The notes below the pieces were generated by a model. That model saw nothing but the letters and a program-made list of their open reading frames with translations. It made no database searches and was not told the DNA's origin. DNA of 14,055 nt from Paraspadella gotoi (lineage: Eukaryota > Animalia > Chaetognatha): contig JBJCIZ010001028.1 of the NCBI GenBank assembly GCA_051294375.1, positions 1 through 14,055 on the forward strand, written 5' to 3'. Within the stretch, counting starts at the first letter, position 1; the number at the start of each line of letters is the position of its first letter. This document shows positions 9,221 to 14,055 of the stretch, piece by piece. The translations under genes were made by a program, and so were the position numbers.

Positions 9221-11985
9221 GTTTGTTCTCATTATGGATGAAGATATTGATATCAAACAGGCGAGGGAGTAATGCCATTCTCGTGAATCGAGAGAATTTT
9301 CACGCGAATTGCTGTTCTAGAATAAAAGGGAAAGTTTTAGTATACTGTGAACGATTGCAAGATGCTGATGTGTTTCGTCGTGGTACCTTGAAGAGACTTC
9401 GGATACGATTTCGCGATTGCTGATTTCGCTTTGTGTCTGAAGAGTTTTGTCCGTATTTTTGCGATTAGTGGCGGACGTGTTGTTGTGACGATGGAGTATT
9501 ATGTTAGATGGGCGGCTCGGACAGATTTTGTGGGGGCGTATTCGATTGGTACGTCTGACAATAGTGCATATTAATAAATGCTATTGCGTGTTCAATTACT
9601 CTCTTTATCGGCATTCATAAACTCAATAGATATTGTGAAACTTTTGTATTTTTGATTTTTAATTTAAGAATTTATGAGCAGACACGCACTTACGTTTTCA
9701 AGATTAGCTCTGGTCGTGTTAAGCAATCGGATTATTGCATTATATAGGATTTTTCCGTGTTTAACGGGTGCACTACGGATGATAAAGTGCGAGGGTTCCG
9801 TTAACGTTGTAGATTTTTTGGGAATGTTCGGGTTACGGTTGAGACTAATTTTTACGTGTATAACCATGTAATCGGTTAATTTTGTATTAATATTAATTTG
9901 TTAAAATTCGTCTTTATTATGAAATCCAATTTAATGGTGTATTTTTTATCTTTAACTCGTTGCTCTAAATTGTTTTATCTTTCTCTATTTCAAATTGGAT
10001 TAGGTTGCATTTTTTAGTTTATTGTAAAGTTTAAGAAGTGGTCTTGAGGAACTTGATTGTTGGATCGAACATCTCATATTTGGTAATCAGTAATGCATCG
10101 TGAAATTTGCATACTACTACTTTTCTCGTTTTCCTCTCATACGCAGTAGTGGCTCATATTGATGTATGGCATTTTTTACTTAGTGATTACTATTAATTGT
10201 TACATTTCACACAATGTTTGTGTTCTAATTTTTTTTAGGGGAGAGTTTGGATTCGTCATTATAAGTTGTTATAAGATAATGAGCTTTTTTTGAAAATTTT
10301 CATTAGTGGTAAAATTTAGGAAAACTATATTTTAAGCTGAAAATTTCAGTATTTTTTATATGATGAAAATAGTTTTTTTAATTTGTAACCACACTTAGAT
10401 GAAAGATTTTTTAAATAAAGATATTATGTGTTTCTTTTTTATCATGTTGTTGTACGATTGGTGTGGGTGAATTGTCAATTTACTGCTTAGATTCAGAATT
10501 AAGAGAATAGACCTATTTGAATACTTGTTTCTGATTTTATAAGATAGTTATATTATATAATTATGTCTATGCGAAATATATTAATCTTATATAAATTTTT
10601 TTTATAATTTCAAGTGTTCACTGATGGTTTGCGTTCTATTGTAATTTTAGTAATTTTTCGTATGGAATCTTTCACTACTGCTCTTCATGTCTTAGCTTCG
10701 TGATCTGTATTATTTTAATATTTTGGTAAAAATATTTAATTCGGATATTGTTATAATTTGTGCTATGCTCGCGCTTAAGGGAAGAGTCATTCAAGCATAA
10801 CAATACGTAATCATGATTGTTAGGCTACTTATTATTCGAGAAATTACCTTATGGTAGGTTAGCGCATCAGTTCGATCGATCTCCGATCAAGATTCCTTTA
10901 TTATTTCACTTCTATTCAAAACATGCTAGTCGCACTCAGTGTTTGTGCTGTGGCCTGAGTGTTTTTTAAGACTTCGTACCCAGTACAAATGCTAGAAAAT
11001 ATTTTTTTATTTCTCGTATTTTTATTATTATATTAATAATATAAAATAATATTTATATCATTTATATCCTTATAGGGTGTTAAAAAATTATATTTTTTAT
11101 TCAATCGGAAAGTTAACTTATTATATTACAAGTAGCTATATTATGCATAAACAAAATCTATTTATTTATACATAATTACTTTGGAAAATTTTTTTCAACT
11201 GCATAATTTTTTATTTTAGTATAATTAAAAGTATAAATAAGTAAATATTTTAATTTTATAAATATAATCAATTCTATATATTAATATTAATAAATCAAAA
11301 AATTTTCTTTTTTATTTTAATAATAAGATAATAATATATAATAATAAAATAATAATACTAATAAAGTAAAGTATAAATATTTTATTGTTATATGTATTTT
11401 TTAATTTTTATTTTATTTAATGTATTTTATTTATTTATTATTATTATAGTTATTAATTGATTTGATTTTAATTATTATTGATATATTATTTGATAATAAG
11501 TATATAGTATTTTATTATAAATATTGTATTTAATGTATAAGTATAAATGTATACAAGATTATATTTTTAATTTTTATTTCTCAATAAATTTTTTTAATTT
11601 ATTGTTCTGTATACATTATCATTTTATATATAAAAATATTTTTACTTATGTTGTGGTGATTTTTTTTGAATATTCAGGGCCCAGGATCTTGCTGTTGCGC
11701 CTGTTCTAGTATGCTTTCGTATTACGTCACTATACTAATCTATTGGTGATTACAGAACGATGGCTCGATTTATGGCGAAAAGTTTAGTCGGTTGTGAATG
11801 AGCTAATTTTTCGATTGCTTTTTGGCGATTACTTTTGATCGGATTGTCGGTTTATTAATGATGCATATTGCTATGATTTAGATTAGATATTTGGCAATGC
11901 TCTATCGACTACGGTACTCGATGTGTTGAGTATCAAGCATGAGTTGTTTAGAACGATGTTTCCCAAGGTTGATGTCGTCCAGTAA
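9221..11985 (+). CDS. Candidate three-exon gene of unknown product (exons ~9221-9548, 9669-9867, 11678-~11985)
   Basis: Three GC-richer blocks in AT-rich DNA. Acceptors: ttctgttctattcAG (9220), tttttaatttaAG (9668), tattcAG (11677). Donors: GTACGT (9549), GTAATC (9868), and GTAAGT or stop at 11982-11985. Joining 9392-9548, 9669-9867 and 11678-11738 gives one open frame of 138 codons with compatible phases. Exons 1 and 3 also contain stops and frameshifts. Confidence 0.45.
9990..10775 (+). repeat. ~800 bp interspersed repeat, copy 2, inside intron 2 of the candidate plus-strand gene
   Basis: Inverted partner of 6750-7565 with the same anchors. Confidence 0.8.
10995..11650. other. Extremely AT-rich low-complexity tract
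   Basis: Very few G/C over ~650 bp; lies in the putative intron upstream of the acceptor at 11677. Confidence 0.85.
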
Positions 11986-12642
11986 GTCACAAGAATAAGT
12001 TCTTAGTTGGTTTGTGTTCATTCTGTTTCATAATTTTTTTTTATAATGAGTAATTACAAAATTGTTAGGTTTAATGGGTAAGTATCTTTTTCTAAGATTT
12101 AGTTTTTCATCTGGTGTAAAATTTTGGTAAGAAGTTTACACGGTTTGGGATTAGTTGTAAGGGTGAGAATTAAACTGTATCTCTCGTTTGTGTGGTTTTC
12201 ATAATGAACCAATATCTTCGTTTTAAGATAGATTGTATAGATAATCAGGTACTGAATCTACACTGTAATTTGAGAGTTGCCACGCCTAACGGATGTGCGA
12301 ATAATATTAAATTAAATTGTATAGACATCTTAAAAACATTTGTCAAATTATAGAGAGACCATTTGAGTAATCGCGTTCCATGTTAGAAAGATTGTCAGGG
12401 TTTAAGTTTAATAAAGGTTATAATTTTCAGAATCTCATTGTTGATAATTTAAATGTTCTACCTAATTATACATTAGTTTTTCATTCTCTGTTATAAAGAT
12501 ATATTAAACAATATACAGATGTATTGGCCTTCAGTTTGACCATGTGGTGCGGATTTCGGGTCCGTGCATAAATACATGATCTAATCCTCTTACATATACT
12601 ACCTCCTTAGAGTAGCTACCTTACTTTCCTTCAGGAAAAACA

Positions 12643-12687
12643 TTTATTAGGAGTTTTAATTTGTAGTTTTATTAGTGATCCTTTATT
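12643..12687 (-). promoter_or_regulatory. Cluster of three AATAAA polyadenylation signals
   Basis: tttatt on + at 12643-12648, 12668-12673 and 12682-12687, about 40-80 nt downstream of the minus-strand stop at 12724, where GC content drops. Confidence 0.5.
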
Positions 12688-12723
12688 GCCAACTAGATGA
12701 GGGCGTTGCAGGCCAAGGATTTC

Positions 12724-14055
12724 CTATCCAGTGAGATCTTGGGGATAGTTCTTATGATCTAAGTCCTGATGGTCCATTGGTCTTGCTGGGCGCAGGTTGT
12801 TCTTCTTTCTTCTGGGAGAGCCAGACTTGACTGCCCCCAGAGAGCTTCGTCTCACTCCGCTCTGTATGAAAACTAGCCTACCCTTTCCGTTACTTTTCTC
12901 ATCTAGCATCACTAGCAGCGTCTCAATTGTGTGCATATTGGTTCTAAGGAAATAATCTGGAGCTTACCCTTGTTGGCCGACGGGCTCAGCTCTTTCCTCT
13001 GCTCCTCCTTGGCTTGGGCTGTAATATCTGTGTTCTCTCTCTTCTTTTCTCTCTTCTTCTTGTCTTATGGTGTGTAACGACTACTGTCATTGGTTTCTTC
13101 TGTTTTTCTTCTTCTGTTAGCATAGTCTTATTGATGAGATAAGCTGACATTAGCAGAGGAAGTAGTTGACGAGAGAAACTTGCTCAATCGGGCTAACACT
13201 AATCCGCTTCTTCGTTAACCTCAGGTTAGTGTGTAGCAGTGGCGAGGCAGACTAGCTCTCATTGTACCTCTCTCTTCTATTTCCTAACTTCAGGTTGACC
13301 GGAGCTAGGCGATGAGACAGGCTGTAGGTGACCGTATTCTTCCTTCCTAACTAGGTTGCTGATAGCAGGGAGAGTAAGACTTAGTCAGGTACTCTCTACT
13401 TCCTTCGTTTTGCTTAAGTTGTGGCCGGGGGGATTGATGCCCTGAGTGCTGTTTTTTCTGACGATCGAAAGGGTTACAGCGTTCTTGGTCAGTTCGTTGG
13501 CGTCCTTGAGATCCGATTTAGTTCCTGCGGGGGGTTAGGAGGGGGTTTCGTTGCCATTCATTTGATTACGATCGTATCATTAGGCNNNNNNNNNNNNNNN
13601 NNNNNNNNNNNNNNNNNNNNNNNNNNNNNNNNNNNNNNNNNNNNNNNNNNNNNNNNNNNNNNNNNNNNNNNNNNNNNNNNNNCTCGGCTGTCATTTAACA
13701 TAGCCGAGTTCAGCGGTTGACTCCCGTAAAACTTGGTAAAACATATATCGTCATCTTTGAGTTGGAATCGAAGTCAGATTCGCCCGGCTTAAAGTTTCGA
13801 TTTAAGAATAGTTTCCCCTGGAATTGAATTTGGTTGCCCGAGATAGCCAGTTATACTACAAGCAAAATATATAAGATAGNNNNNNNNNNNNNNNNNNNNN
13901 NNNNNNNNNNNNNNNNNNNNNNNNNNNNNNNNNNNNNNNNNNNNNNTTATTTCACCAAAAAACGGGCGTTTTTGTTTAGATACTTAGGGGCTCTCGGACG
14001 GTGCCACGCACACTAGTAGTTACCGACGTCAACGGATACAAACAACCGCAACACG
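12724..14055 (-). CDS. Putative spliced gene, right paralog, with a long low-complexity (K/E/R/S/P-rich) terminal exon; frame disrupted
   Basis: Probable intron 13955-13856 (GTGAAA...ttgcttgtAG). The exon reads ITGYLGQPNSIPGETILKSKL*AGRI*LRFQLKDDDICFTKFYGSQPLNSAMLND, then MATKPPPNPPQELNRI, then after a frameshift KDANELTKNAVTLSIV. A GC-richer, purine-rich minus strand continues to ORF 12724..12936 (stop TAG), followed by three AATAAA. Confidence 0.45.
13205..13421 (-). repeat. ~63-69 bp tandem repeat, about 3 units, inside the putative terminal exon
   Basis: Plus-strand anchors aacctcaggtt (13217), aacttcaggttg (13286), aactaggttg (13349) and cttaagttg (13413), each preceded by a cttc/ttcc-rich run. 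Confidence 0.7.
13463..14055 (+). repeat. Long direct repeat, right copy (runs off the window end)
   Basis: Same anchors as 834-1440 at an offset of ~12629 bp; interrupted by two N blocks. Confidence 0.93.

Noticed and set aside
9664-9867. Minus-strand 67 aa ORF
   Set aside because: It is the antisense shadow of the plus-strand candidate exon, which has the flanking splice signals.
10776-10782. TTAAGGG as a Kolobok/piggyBac-type terminus
   Set aside because: No matching opposite terminus was found, and the motif is absent from the other repeat copy.
10995-11650. Mitochondrial control region or NUMT
   Set aside because: No adjacent mitochondrial tRNA, rRNA or protein-coding sequence was recognised.
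834-14055. Paired LTRs of a retrotransposon
   Set aside because: No TG...CA termini, primer-binding site or gag-pol interior identified, and the repeat itself shows exon-intron structure. Not fully excluded because the right copy is cut by the window edge.

Overview
AT-rich eukaryotic DNA, probably insect (inferred from GT-AG introns, AATAAA signals, abundant CpG and a DINE-1/HINE-like repeat). It carries four N blocks and many small indels, consistent with an uncorrected long read or an unpolished contig. No prokaryotic genes, RNA genes or CRISPR array are supported, and no protein family is firmly recognisable. Main contents: (1) a ~600 bp direct repeat at both ends (~834-1440 and ~13463-14055, offset ~12.63 kb) that looks like two paralogous copies of a spliced minus-strand gene, diverging near the left copy's splice donor; the right copy runs instead into a repeat-containing low-complexity exon followed by three AATAAA signals; (2) a candidate three-exon plus-strand gene (~9221-11985); (3) two rearranged clusters of a Helentron/HINE-like element with (GTCC)n, ~175 bp internal repeats and a 3' hairpin; (4) a pair of ~800 bp inverted repeats; (5) a ~22 bp minisatellite, a possible RTE-like LINE 3' end and a very AT-rich tract. 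All alignments were done by eye, so boundaries are approximate. I cannot claim a new biological system; the paralog pair and the fold-back element clusters are the best leads.
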